NCBI GenBank assembly: GCA_002269645.1
Contig: NIVC01001308.1
Coordinates: forward strand, 1-64,000
Source of the DNA: Macrostomum lignano
Taxonomy: Eukaryota
Length of the DNA stretch: 64,000 nt
Reading direction: 5' to 3'
Both the position numbers and the translations under genes were made by a program. Within the stretch, counting starts at the first letter, position 1. Every line of letters begins with the position of its first letter. The notes below the pieces were generated by a model. It saw nothing but the letters and a program-made list of their open reading frames with translations. It was not told where the DNA came from and did not search any database. Of the stretch, positions 10,613 to 46,436 are shown piece by piece.

Positions 10613-11389
10613 TTTCCCCCATTCATCAAATTCTTCTTCCTTCAAACTTCAACGGGTGACAGACTGTTAGTTACCGATTTTATCATCAAATTATTATTGA
10701 AATATTATCGTAATCGAATTGCAAAGTGAAGGGCAAATCTGTACATAGGAATAAAAATTTTTGATAGTTGAATGCGCAGCTGCGACAGGAACTGTATTCG
10801 CCAGAGTTCAATAGAAAAGCATGCCAAAATATCGGAGATCAGGTTGTTAAAATCCGAAATTCATGAATAGTAAATGCTTATACTTACATGTAACAAGCAA
10901 CAGTAAGCATATTATATTTAGATAGTATAGTTTGCAGCCAGACAATGCACCCTCTGACCTTTTGAGGAATTGGCTCTAATGAGTGTGAATCACACAATAA
11001 TTCGTTAACAAGACCAATCAGACAAAAATTTTGTTCAAATCCTCACTGAGCGGAATTATTGCTCAAGTAGTTTTTGCATTGACAACTGCAGGAAAATATC
11101 GATATCTTCTTTTAAAATGAAACAAGATCAAATTTGTGAATGTATAGTCAAGCAGAGTAGCAAAGTGATGAGGACGACTTTTTGGGGCAAAGCTATAAGT
11201 CTGGCCTCTGACACCGTTCTGTGCATGTATATCGAAGCCAACAGATAAACTAGGGAGAATATTGCATATCAAGCATCAGTCGTCAGTCAAATTGATAAAG
11301 ATGTCAATCCAGTTGATAATTCTACTCAAATCGGCACCCAGTGTAAAAATCAATTAAATCAAAGAGTCAAGACACTAAAAGTTCAGGAC

Positions 11390-12110
11390 AAGCATGAGGC
11401 TCGGACACAGCAATAGGACAGACACAGCAATCGGACAGACACAGCAATCGGACACTAACACAGCAATCGGACACAGACACAGGAATCAGACACAGACACA
11501 GCAATCGGACACAGACACAGGAATCGGACACTAACACAGCAATTGGAAACAGACACAGCAATCGGACACAGACACAACAATCGGACACAGACACAGCAAT
11601 CGGACACAGACACAGCAATCGGACACAGACACAACAATCGGACACTAACACAGCAATCGGACACAGACACAACAATCGGACACAGACACAGCAATCGGAC
11701 ACAGACACAGGAATCGGACACTAACACAGCAATCGGACACAGACACAGCAATCGGACACAGACACAGGAATCGGACACTAACACAGCAATTGGAAACAGA
11801 CACAGCAATCGGACACAGACGCAGCAATCGGACACAGACACAGCAATCGGACACAGACACAGCAATCGGACACAGACACAGCAATCGGACACAGACACAG
11901 CAATCGGACACAGACACAGCAATCGGACACAGACACAGCAATCGGACACAGACACAGCAATCGGACACAGACACAGCAATCGGACACAGACACAGCAATC
12001 GGACACAGACACAGCAATCGGACACAGACACAGCAATCGGACACAGACACAGCAATCGGACACAGACCAGCAATCAGACACAGACACAGGAATCTAACAC
12101 AGACACAGGT
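11390..12110. repeat. 19-bp minisatellite (GCAATCGGACACAGACACA)
   Basis: Period 19 read directly. Confidence 0.93.
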
Positions 12111-12269
12111 CATAATTTGCGACAAAACTATAGTAGGCATTGTTAAAATAAAAAATTCACAATTTTTGCTACGTCCTTCTTAATCCTTAATCCTACTGTA
12201 AGTAGTCTGTTGATTTTCATAGTAGTAGTATAAGATAATAAAATCTCCTAAAAAGATGCGAGTAAGCAA

Positions 12270-36144
<23,875 letters not shown>

Positions 36145-36379
36145 CGGGTTGCGGAAAGCAGCTTTGAGTCCGGATAGAATTAGATGGAGCGGCTCTGCGC
36201 GATTCAAAGAGACTGTTTGAGCTGTTGAAATCCGGCGACGGCTGGGCGGCGAGTTTTGGCAGAAATTTCCATTAGCATGCCGGGCCATTTTGATTGGCTG
36301 ACGGAGCCAGCCAATGGCGAGAGCCGGGCGAGAGTGGAAGCCAACTTGACAGGATTGACTGCTGGCCGATCGGCAAGCC

Positions 36380-36637
<258 letters not shown>

Positions 36638-36949
36638 TCGTCTAAATAAACAGGGACCCTCAAATTTTCTCGCAACTCAGCCACTCATCTCGTGTTCGTT
36701 AATTTATTCAGTCAGAGAATTTGCCGCCCCGTGAAATGATTTACGGATGTTTGGGTAGCAGCACTTCGATCTGCTGAAGGATTAAACCTACTGAAAGGTG
36801 AACCAGCTTGAAGACGAATTCTAATCCTTTTCCCATTTTCTGATTTCATCGATTTATGAGCCTGATTGAGTTTCTTCACTAAAAGTCATAATTTCTTGGA
36901 TTCCGGGAGACTGAAATTTTGTGAAATTAAAAATTAGAAGCTCTTCATT

Positions 36950-37380
36950 GTGATTTGGGATTCCAATGTCGGGACTCTGGATTTTCATGTCGGGATTTGA
37001 GACTCTAATGTCGGGACTTGGAATTCCAATGTCGGGACTTGGGATTTCAATGTCGGGACTTGGCATTCCAATGTCGGGACTTGTGATTCTAATATCGGGA
37101 ATTGGGATTCTAATCTCGGGAATTGGGATTCTAATTTCGGGAATTGGGATTCTAATCTCGGGAATTGGGATTCTAATTTCGGGAATTGGGATTCTAATCT
37201 GGTGAATTAGGATTATAATCTCGGGACTTTGGATTCTAATTTCGGGAATTGTGATTCCAATGTCGGGACTTGGGATTCTAATGTCAGGACTTGGGATTCT
37301 AATGTCAGGACTTGGGATTCTAATCTCGGGAATTGGGATTCTAATGTCAGGACTTGGGATTCCGATGTCGGGGCTTGGGA
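36950..37380. repeat. 21-bp minisatellite (TTGGGATTCTAATCTCGGGAA)
   Basis: Period 21 read directly. Confidence 0.9.
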
Positions 37381-37949
37381 TTTTTTGCAGAGATGTAAAT
37401 TTAACTATTTAATGCTGATTTATGAATCGTGGACGGAAATTACGATACTCGAAAAAGTAATTAGCTAAAATATTTGAGCTTCACATTGCCTGTCAAGGAT
37501 CTCATTATTCGATTGCATCAAAAACGAGCCCAGAAATGTCCACGCATCCCTTCGATCCTGCATCATCAGCCCTGGGTGGTCTCATCAAACTCCAAGCGCA
37601 TGATCAAACACGAGCCAGAAAAGCCAACAACCTCATTTTCCGCTGAGCACACAGGAACCAGGATCCCAGCAGCTCAAATCTCCCAAAGGGTGTTTGAACA
37701 ACAGTCTGCGGCCTCATTGTCTTCCCAAATCGGTGTTTGGTTAGGGACCCCCGCTGTGAGCCCTGCCGGAACAGGATTGTTTGTTTGAACTTCTTTTTTA
37801 GGCCTGTTTTCAGCAGGGTCAACTGAACTGGCGTTCATTGTCTTTGATTGACCGGGGTTCGCGTCATGGGTGGCTTGGATCCACTGCAGATGAAATTGTA
37901 GATCGCAATAGAGTAGCTGGCTAATTATTTGCCAAACTGGCACGCATAC

Positions 37950-38955
37950 TTTCAGAAATGGCACTCATACTTTCAGAAATGGCACACATACTTTCAGAAA
38001 TGGCACACATACTTTCTCAGAAATGGCACTCATACTTTCAGAAATGGCACACATACTTTCTCAGAAATGGCACTCATACTTTCAGAAATGGCACACATAC
38101 TTTCTCAGAAATGGCACTCATACTTTCAGAAATGGCACACATACTTTCTCAGAAATGGCACTCATACTTTCAGAAATGGCACACATACTTTCTCAGAAAT
38201 GGCACTCATACTTTCAGAAATGGCACACATACTTTCTCAGAAATGGCACTCATACTTTCAGAAATGACACACATACTTTCTCAGAAATGGCACTCATACT
38301 TTCAGAAATGACACACATACTTTCAGAAATGGCACTCATAATTTCAGAAATGGCACACATACTTTCAGAAATGGCACTCATAATTTCAGAAATGGCACTT
38401 ATACTTTCAGAAATGGCACTAAATGGCACTTATACTTTCAGAAATGGCACACATACTTTCTCAGAAATGGCACTCATACTTTCAGAAATAGCACACATAC
38501 TTTCACAGAAATGGCACTCATACTTTCAGAAATGGCACACATACTTTCTCAGAAATGGCACTCATAATTTCAGAAATGGCACACATACTTTCAGAAATGG
38601 CACTCATAATTTCAGAAATGGCACTTATACTTTCAGAAATGGCACACATACTTTCTCAGAAATGGCACTCATACTTTCAGAAATAGCACACATACTTTCA
38701 CAGAAATGGCACTCATACTTTCAGAAATGGCACACATACTTTCTCAGAAATGGCACTCATAATTTCAGAAATGGCACACATACTTTCAGAAATGGCACTC
38801 ATAATTTCAGAAATGGCACTTATACTTTCAGAAATGGCACACATACTTTCTCAGAAATGGCACTCATACTTTCAGAAATGGCACACATACTTTCTCAGAA
38901 ATGGCACTCATACTTTCAGAAATGGCACTCATACTTTCAGAAATGGCACTCATAC
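37950..38955. repeat. 21/23-bp minisatellite (TACTTT(CT)CAGAAATGGCACTCA) with 44-bp dimer structure
   Basis: Direct reading. Confidence 0.93.
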
Positions 38956-40054
38956 CACGTACATGTACACATCAGACGAGACTGACACGCATAAATGCTC
39001 GATTTCCACATTGTCGCTCTCACTCAGTCTTGCCTGTGCTCATGCAGTTAATCCTGTCTCATCCTCGCATCCACCTGCAGCCGCCCTACTTGCCTCGAAA
39101 CCGCCCCCTCACAGAGGCAGAGCAGAGTGACAGAAGATAAGCATATTTCTCTCAGTGACTGCATCTCTGAACAGCTAGTTAGTTATTAATCGGCTTGCAA
39201 ATTCTATCTTGCTCGCAGCATTAACCGCTCCGCTGATGAAGTGTAATTACTCGCTAATGCCTGCACAACTCGGACTGAAGAGAGAGAGAGTGTGTGAGTA
39301 AGTAACAAGAGACATTTAGAGCTCCGATTATTAAGCACAGGTAAGTCATTCTGGTGTGAAGAATAATGGAACTTCCGTGATTACATTAAGTAGCTGAATA
39401 TTGATTTACTAATGAACTTGTCACGGAATGGTAGAACAATGCCAATTCCGCCGAGCAGAAGTTTTCCAGTTTTCCATACGGCGGAACTTCTGGACCTTCA
39501 ACTGGTGACTTCAGGCTACTTCGAGCACCCAGTTGGAAGCAGCTTACTAAAAATAGGGTTCCTTCTGTTAATTTACAACCTTAGCCCGCTTGATTGACAA
39601 GTTGGGCAACCTGTCATTGTTAAACAATAGGCTGGGATGCCGCAATATTGCATTAAAGCCCTGCACTTGCTGGTCAAGCTTCACCCACTGATTGCCTGAC
39701 TAGCGCAAACTTTATCAGTCTGCAGTAAGGCTTGAGAGCCTAATGGAGGGATTGCAAAAGTGCAAAGTAATTATTTAGTGTAGCAGTATGGGCTGGAGCA
39801 GAGTTAACTACAATTTCTGTCTGCCAATTATAGTCAATAAAGCTACTTAATGGAGCAGAGAGTTGATTAATCATAGTACGCATGCTTGCACACTACTTAC
39901 TGTAAGTAGCAATAGGTGAATGTGCAGTTTCTTGGAAATCAATCTTTCGCCAGCCTCGTGATGATCCCGTGTAAAAACACCTTGACCTATCTTTAACGAT
40001 ATTTTCAGTTTCTACAAAGAAAACAAAACAATTTGATAACATTTAGAAGATTGA

Positions 40055-41085
40055 GCATTGAGAATCACACCTGAATAGATTGAGAATCACAACTAAATAG
40101 ATTGAGAATCACACCTGAATAGATTGAGAATCACACCTGAATAGATTGAGAATCACACCTGAACAGATTGAGAATCACACCTGGATAGATTGAGAATCAC
40201 ACCTAGATAGATTGAGAATCACACCTGAACAGATTGAGAATCACACCTAGATAGATTGAGAATCACACCTGAACAGATTGAGAATCACACCTTGATAGAT
40301 TGAGAATCACACCTGGATGGATTGAGAATCACACCTGGATAGATTGAGAATCATACCTGGATGGATTGAGAATCACACCTGGATGGATTGAGAATCACAT
40401 CTGAATAGATTGAGAATCACACCTTAATATATTGAGAATCACATCTGAGTAGGTTAAGAATCGCACCTGAGTAAGTTGAGAATCACACCTGAGTAGGTTA
40501 AGAATCACACCTGAGTAGGTTAAGAATCACACCTGAGTAGGTTGTGAATCACACCTGAGAAGGTTGAGAATCACACCTGAGTAGGTTGAGAATCACACCT
40601 GAGTAGGTTGAGAATCACACCCCAATAGATTGAGAATCACACCTGAGTAAGGTTAAGAATCACACCTCAATAGATTGAGAATCACACCTGAGTAGGTTAA
40701 GAATCACACCTCAATAGATTGAGAATCACACCTGAGTAGGTTAAGAATCACACCTCAATAGATTGAGAATCACACCTGAGTAGGTTAAGAATCACACCTC
40801 AATAGATTGAGAATCACACCTGAGTAGGTTAAGAATCACACCTCAATAGATTGAGAATCACACCTGAGTAGGTTGAGAATCACACCTGAGTAAGGTTAAG
40901 AATCACACCTCAATAGATTGAGAATCACACCTGAGTAGGTTAAGAATCACACCTGAGTAGGTTGAGAATCACACCTGAGTAGGTTGAGAATCACACCTGA
41001 GTAGGTTGAGAATCACACCTGAGTAGGTTAAGAATCACACCTCAATAGATTGAGAATCACACCTGAGTAAGGTTGAGAATCACTC
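40055..41085. repeat. 22-bp minisatellite (GAGAATCACACCTGAATAGATT)
   Basis: Period 22 read directly. Confidence 0.93.
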
Positions 41086-41589
41086 GAGAACCTAATAAAA
41101 GCCTCACGTAAACTTTCCAGCCTAGCAGCGGCCTCAGAAGTTAATTAACTCTGACTTGTTCAGCTTTTTAAGCTACACAAATCCACATCCTTGGCAAGCA
41201 GCCATAATTTTTCTCTGCCCCGCCTTTCTCTTCATTCCTCAGCTAAATCCGCTCGATACAGAAGCCGGTAGATCACACTAAAGGTGTAGCTCAGGTAAAA
41301 ATTCTAACCCGGATCAACCCTCCCTTATCTTGTGGGCCACTGCCCCTCTGACAGCAAAGGCCAAAAAAGCATTAATGAGCAGGAGGGCCATTGTGGGTAC
41401 AAACCCGCATTAGTGCTTCATTGTGTCAAGCCAGGGAATACTCTACATATGGAAGTGACACTCCCCAATGGGGGCGGACCAACCCGGGCCAACTCGTCCC
41501 CAAAACCCACCCAGATGAGAGTGGAAAGGTGAGGGAATGGGGGGAGAGAGAAGAATAAAGAGGAGATGAGACATCGATGAGAGGAGAAA

Positions 41590-41870
41590 AAAAGGAGAGA
41601 AATGAGAGAGACAGAAGAGAAGATCGATGAAAGGAGAAAAGAAAGGAGAGAAATAAAAGAGAAAAGAGAGAAGATCGATGAAAGGAGAAAAGAAAGGAGA
41701 GAAATAAAAGAGAAAAGAGAGAAGATCGATGAAAGGAGAAAAGAAAGGAGAGAAATAAAAGAGAAAAGAGAGAAGATCGATGAAAGGAGAAAAGAAAGGA
41801 GAGAAATAAAAGAGAAAAGAAAGAAGATCGATGAGAGGAGAAAAGAAAGGAGAGAAGACAGAAGATAAGA
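41590..41870. repeat. 51-bp purine-rich tandem repeat inside the P element
   Basis: AAGATCGATG recurs at 41620, 41671, 41722, 41773, 41824. Confidence 0.88.
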
Positions 41871-41989
41871 AAAGTGAGGAGATGAAAGAATAGAGGTGAT
41901 AAGAAAGGTGAGGAGAGGAGAGAGGAGAGGAGAGAACTTAGAAGGGACAGCAACTTTGTGCGGGCCGAGCCGAATTGCCATTGAAGTTT

Positions 41990-42782
41990 GCCATTGCCAT
42001 CAATTGCCATTGATAGAGAGGCTTCGTGGACGGAGTTTGCCGGCCTCTGATCTAAATTTTCAGTTGGGATTTCCAGTGCTGGAAAGTTGTTCTCGCTGAC
42101 CAGAAACTGGCGATACCCATGACAGCGTTTACCAATGGACTTTGACAGATATCCTGCGATGTAAAACATGACATTTAGGCTATTTTTTCTGAGGATTCCT
42201 TACGTCGCAAGGCCAGGTAATGATATAAGAAATGGATAGAAGCGACATCACTCTAGTCTTATTTTCATACTGAATAATCTGCTTCGAGCTGATGTACAAT
42301 AGTATAGAGCACCTGACATCTGTCGATACCTTCCGAATTGCCTCTCAATGGGTTCCGAAAGAAACTTTCCGAGCAAAACATACTGAAAGTGCACCGCAGC
42401 AAGTAGTCTTGAGCAAAGTTTCGGAATCGCAGAACATGTCGGAATGAAGCTACCGAAGGTTTCATTCGTCAAGCAGTTCTTGCCCGCTGCAGCTGCGCGC
42501 CAGTTCTGTAGAAATTCGGCGAATGCTAGTAGGTGTTCAAGCTGCCAGAGTTCTCTTGTAATCGGCAGGCATTCTGGCTTTTTTGGCTGCTGACCAGCGA
42601 TAGGTGTTGGAACATTCAAAATGCTGATGCAGATTTTTGTTCAGAATGGCATGTAGCCGTCGCTGCAGCAATGAAGTTTCCTTTGAAAAGGAATAAAAGC
42701 GAATTTTCTTCTCTGTCGGTGTGGATCGCATTCGCATAGCCGGAACCAGGAATTGCAGTCAATAACACAGCAGGAAAATGGG
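41990..42782 (-). pseudogene. Deleted and frameshifted P-type transposase remnant
   Basis: THAP-like start (PFSCCVIDC..KKIRFYSFSKE..HAIL) fused directly to C-terminal motifs (ILNVPTP, LTNETF, YVLLGKFLSEPIERQFGRYRQMSG, FYIAGYLSKSI.KRC) spread over several frames. Confidence 0.85.
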
Positions 42783-43365
42783 ATTTTTCTGTACTCGAAA
42801 CTTTGTTGGAGTTTATATAAGAATCACAACTGAAAGGACAGGGAAAAGGCAGATGTACGTTTATGGTTCATCCCCAGAGCGCCCACTATTGTATACAGGA
42901 TGTACATTAAGTGTCTTTATTTTTGTTAAGTCAGTGTTTTCCTCTCCAACATTATTTTTTTCTCACTGTCCTCTCTGCCCCTGCTCTTCTGCTCCTTTCG
43001 AAATAAGGGAGTCGGGACAGAGTGGACAGTGTTTGAAACCCCCCTCCAAGCAAGAAGTAACAAAGCTTTTTTCAAGTCAGGCTTTTTCGTTCGAAAAAAA
43101 CCTTGGCCTGGGTTGGTCCGCCCTGAGAGGCCTGAATCGGGGAGTGTCACTTCCATATGTAGAGTATTCCCTGGTCAAGCTCAAGTGCATCCCTTCATTT
43201 CTATTCCCCTCCTCTCCAATTTTTGCTCCTCCACTTCCCAGTGCAGCTGGTTCTCAACTCCGGTCGTGGATTTCTATTATAAAGTATCTGGAGTGAAAAG
43301 TTTCAGTTGGATTCTCTAATTGGATCTCAGCAGCTTCTTGACGTCACCACAGAGGTCAATGCAGG

Positions 43366-43837
43366 GGGTGCTTTCACAAGGTCGAAATTTCACAACGTCG
43401 AAAAGTAAATTATTTCACAAGGTCGAAACTTCACAAGGTCGAAATTTCACAACATCGAAAACTTTAGCAAGAGACTTCATAAGGTCGAAATTTCATAAGG
43501 TCGAAATTTCACAACATCGAAAACTCAAATAGCAGCCACTTTCACAAGGTCGAAACTTCATAAGCTCGAAATTTCACAAAGTCGAAAATTTTATCTATCA
43601 AGAACCATACAGTAGTTTTCTACGTTGTGAAATTTCGACCTTATGAAATTTCGACCTTATGAAGTCTCTTGCTAAAGTTTTCGATGTTGTGAAATTTCGA
43701 CCTTGTGAAGTTTCGACCTTGTGAAAGTGGCTGCTATTTGAGTTTTCGATGTTATGAAATTTCGAACTTGTGAAATTTCGACCTTGTGAAAGAAGGTGCT
43801 TTCGACGTTGTGAAATTTCGAGTTTGTGAAACCCCCC
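43366..43837. mobile_element. Foldback/MULE-like MITE (472 bp) with long TIRs built from TTTCACAAGGTCGAAA subrepeats
   Basis: 9-bp TSD CAATGCAGG (43357-43365 and 43838-43846); termini GGGTGCTTTCACAA / TTGTGAAACCCCCC; two about 220-bp inverted arms around a short spacer. Confidence 0.85.
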
Positions 43838-44009
43838 CAATGCAGGTCTAGTGGACAAATCACAAGAAATTTCATCAATTTTGTTGTCATTTTTGTTGTG
43901 CTCAGCGGTAAACGCCTGTATCTGATTATGACTCGAGTTTACGACCCCTCGTTCGCGTTCGTGCGCGGCCCACATTCATTTCTGGGCTTGTGCACGAAAA
44001 TTGACCAGA

Positions 44010-45695
44010 CAATTAGTGTCTGTCTTAGTGTCTGTGTGTCCTAGTGTCTGTCTTGGTGTCTGTCTTAGTGTCTGTTTTAGTGTCTGTCTTAGTGTCTGTC
44101 TTAGTGTCTGTCTTAGTGTCTGTCTTAGTGTCTGTCTTAGTGTCTGTCTTAGTGTCTGTCTTAGTGTCTGTCTTAGTGTCTGTCTTAGTGTCTGTGTGTC
44201 TGTCTGTGTGTCTGTCTGTCTGTCTGTCTGTCTTAGTGTCTGCCTCAGTGTCTGTTTTAGTGTCTGTTTTAGTGTCTGTTTTAGTGTCTGTCTTAGTGTC
44301 TGTCTTAGTGTCTGTCTTAGTGTCTGTCTTAGTGTCTGTCTGTCTTAGTGTCTGTCTTAGTGTCTGTCTTAGTGTCTGTCTTAGTGTCTGTCTTAGTGTC
44401 TGTCTTAGTGTCTGTCTTAGTGCCTGTCTTAGTGTCTGTCTTAGTGTCTTTCTGTGTGTCTTAGTGTCTGTCTTAGTGTCTGTTTTAGTGTCTGTCTTAG
44501 TGTCTGTCTTAGTGTCTGTCTTAGTGTCTGTCTTAGTGTCTGTCTTAGTGTCTGTCTTAGTGTCTGTCTTAGTGTCTGTCTTAGTGTCTGTCTTAGTGCC
44601 TGTCTTAGTGTCTGTTTTAGTGTCGGTCTTAGTGTCTGTCTTAGTGTCTGTCTTAGTGTCTGTCTTAGTGCCTGTCTTAGTGCCTGTCTTAGTGTCTGTT
44701 TTAATGTCGGTCTTAGTGTCTGTCTTAGTGTCTGCCTTAGTGTCTGTCTTAGTGTCTGTTTTAGTGTCGGTCTTAGTGTCTGCCTTAGTGTCGGTCTTAG
44801 TGTCGGTCTTAGTGTCTGTCTTAGTGTCGGTCTTAGTGTCTGTCTTAGTGTCGGTCTTAGTGTCGGTCTTAGTGTCGGTCTTAGTGTCGGTCTTAGTGTC
44901 GGTCTTAGTGATTTAGAGGAGGAAACCTCGACGCACCACGTCACTTTCTGCCCGCACTTCAACGAGGCGCGGAGGCGTCACCTCGGTCACCCGCTAAGGC
45001 TTGACGAGCTCACCACTCCGGACCGGATCCGTGATCTACGTGCATTCGTTCGGGATTCTGGGCGGATGAAGATCGCAGACGCCACTCTCGCGAGCTCTTC
45101 TGCCGGCGAGGGGTGGGCGCAGCCCCAAGGCTAACGCCTTTCTGTTTCTGTTTAGCTTGGGGTTGCGATAGGGCCTCGCGGCCTATTCGCGGCGCTCTGC
45201 CCCCGTCGGTAGTAAGTAAGTAAGTAAGTAGTGTCTGTCTTAGTGTCGGTCTTAGTGTCTGTCTTAGTGTCGGTCTTAGTGTCTGCCTTAGTGTCTGCCT
45301 TAGTGTCTGTCTTAGTGTCGGTCTTAGTGTCTGTCTTAGTGTCGGTCTTAGTGTCTGTCTTAGTGTCGGTCTTAGTGTCTGTCTTAGTGTCTGTCTTAGT
45401 GCCTGTCTTAGTGTCTGTCTTAGTGTCTGTCTGTCTTAGTGTCTGTCTTAGTGTCTGTCTTAGTGTCTCTCTGTGTGTCTTAGTGTCTGTCTGTCTGTCT
45501 GTCTTACTGTCTGTCTGTCTGTCTTAGTGCCTGTCTGTGTGTCTTAGTGTCCGTCTGTCTGTCTTAGTATATGTCTGTCTGTCTTAGTATCTGTCTGTCT
45601 TAGTGTCTGTCTTAGTGTCTGTCTGTCTGTCTGTCTTACTGTCTGTCTGTCTGTCTTAGTGTCTGTCTGTCTGTCTTAGTGTCTGTCTGTCTTAG

Positions 45696-45732
<37 letters not shown>

Positions 45733-45735
45733 TAG

Positions 45736-45772
<37 letters not shown>

Positions 45773-45800
45773 TAGTGTCTGTCTGTCTGTCTGTCTGTCT
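44010..45800. repeat. 10-bp minisatellite (GTCTTAGTGT) grading into (CTGT)n, interrupted by a LINE fragment
   Basis: Direct reading. Confidence 0.93.
44910..45230 (+). mobile_element. 5'-truncated non-LTR retrotransposon 3' end (R1/LOA/I-like C-terminal zinc-knuckle remnant) with (AGTA)n tail
   Basis: Reads [24 protein letters not shown] (EET..H-x4-C..F...R, typical of ORF2 C-termini), stop at 45132-45134, 3'UTR with two hairpins, tail agtaagtaagtaagtaagta at 45211-45230. Confidence 0.75.
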
Positions 45801-46436
45801 GTAGTTAGCGAGTCAATCTGACAAACAGCTACATTAAGTCGATCTGAATTTGGCGTGAATGATGATGCAACGGTGCTTTTGCTTATCAGAATTTTCCAAT
45901 CCAGACTCCAGCAATTATTTAGAACACCATGACTCTAACTACCTGGATTCGGTTTTGCTCTGTCCTAGACCTCTTTCCCATAACAACACCTACTGGCCAC
46001 GATGCAGGGTCGGCCTCCCCCCTCCCCCATTGAAAAGAAATTCTTTGTATTGCTTTCTTACGGGCGCGGAACACGAGCCTGCACTGCAGTTAGTCAGATC
46101 CCATCGATTGCCCCATCACCATCTTCCCAACTCCCCTCTTCTTTCCTTCTCTGCCTGCCTTTGTCCAGCTCAAACCTGAATTTGTCTCTGCTCTCCCCTG
46201 TCGAAACCCAACTGACTAACCATTGGCGGGCTAGCCTCAGAGAGTAAGACAGCTGCAAGGCTCAAAGCTAACCACCTCACCGGCCCCTGCGCTCAAAGAG
46301 AGAGAGAGAGAGAGGATAAATACATGTAGGATCGGCAAAAGCAGCGAGGTAACAAAAAACTGCTTTGTTCACCAGGCACACCTGCATCTGCACTTGCCAA
46401 TTTTTTAATTGCTTTCTGTTGCTAACCAAAAAAGCA

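Larger units (their letters stand above)
41432..43173 (-). mobile_element. Non-autonomous P-superfamily (THAP transposase) DNA transposon, 1742 bp
   Basis: Perfect 35-bp TIR CAGGGAATACTCTACATATGGAAGTGACACTCCCC (41432-41466 and 43139-43173), 7-bp TSD GTCAAGC (41425-41431 and 43174-43180), transposase remnants inside. Confidence 0.9.

Noticed and set aside
9336-10729. 350-440-aa ORFs in nearly all frames
   Set aside because: Artefact of (TTCC)n, which has no stop codon in any frame
37674-37964. Possible FYVE-like start (PIWEDNEAADCC)
   Set aside because: Lacks the R(R/K)HHCR motif and the remaining cysteines; no supporting splice partners
39225-39260. CTGATGA as a hammerhead ribozyme core
   Set aside because: No stem II or GAAA at the required spacing
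44010-44910. Telomere-like repeat (TTAG-containing)
   Set aside because: The unit is TTAGTGTCTG, a GACA-family derivative without G-runs
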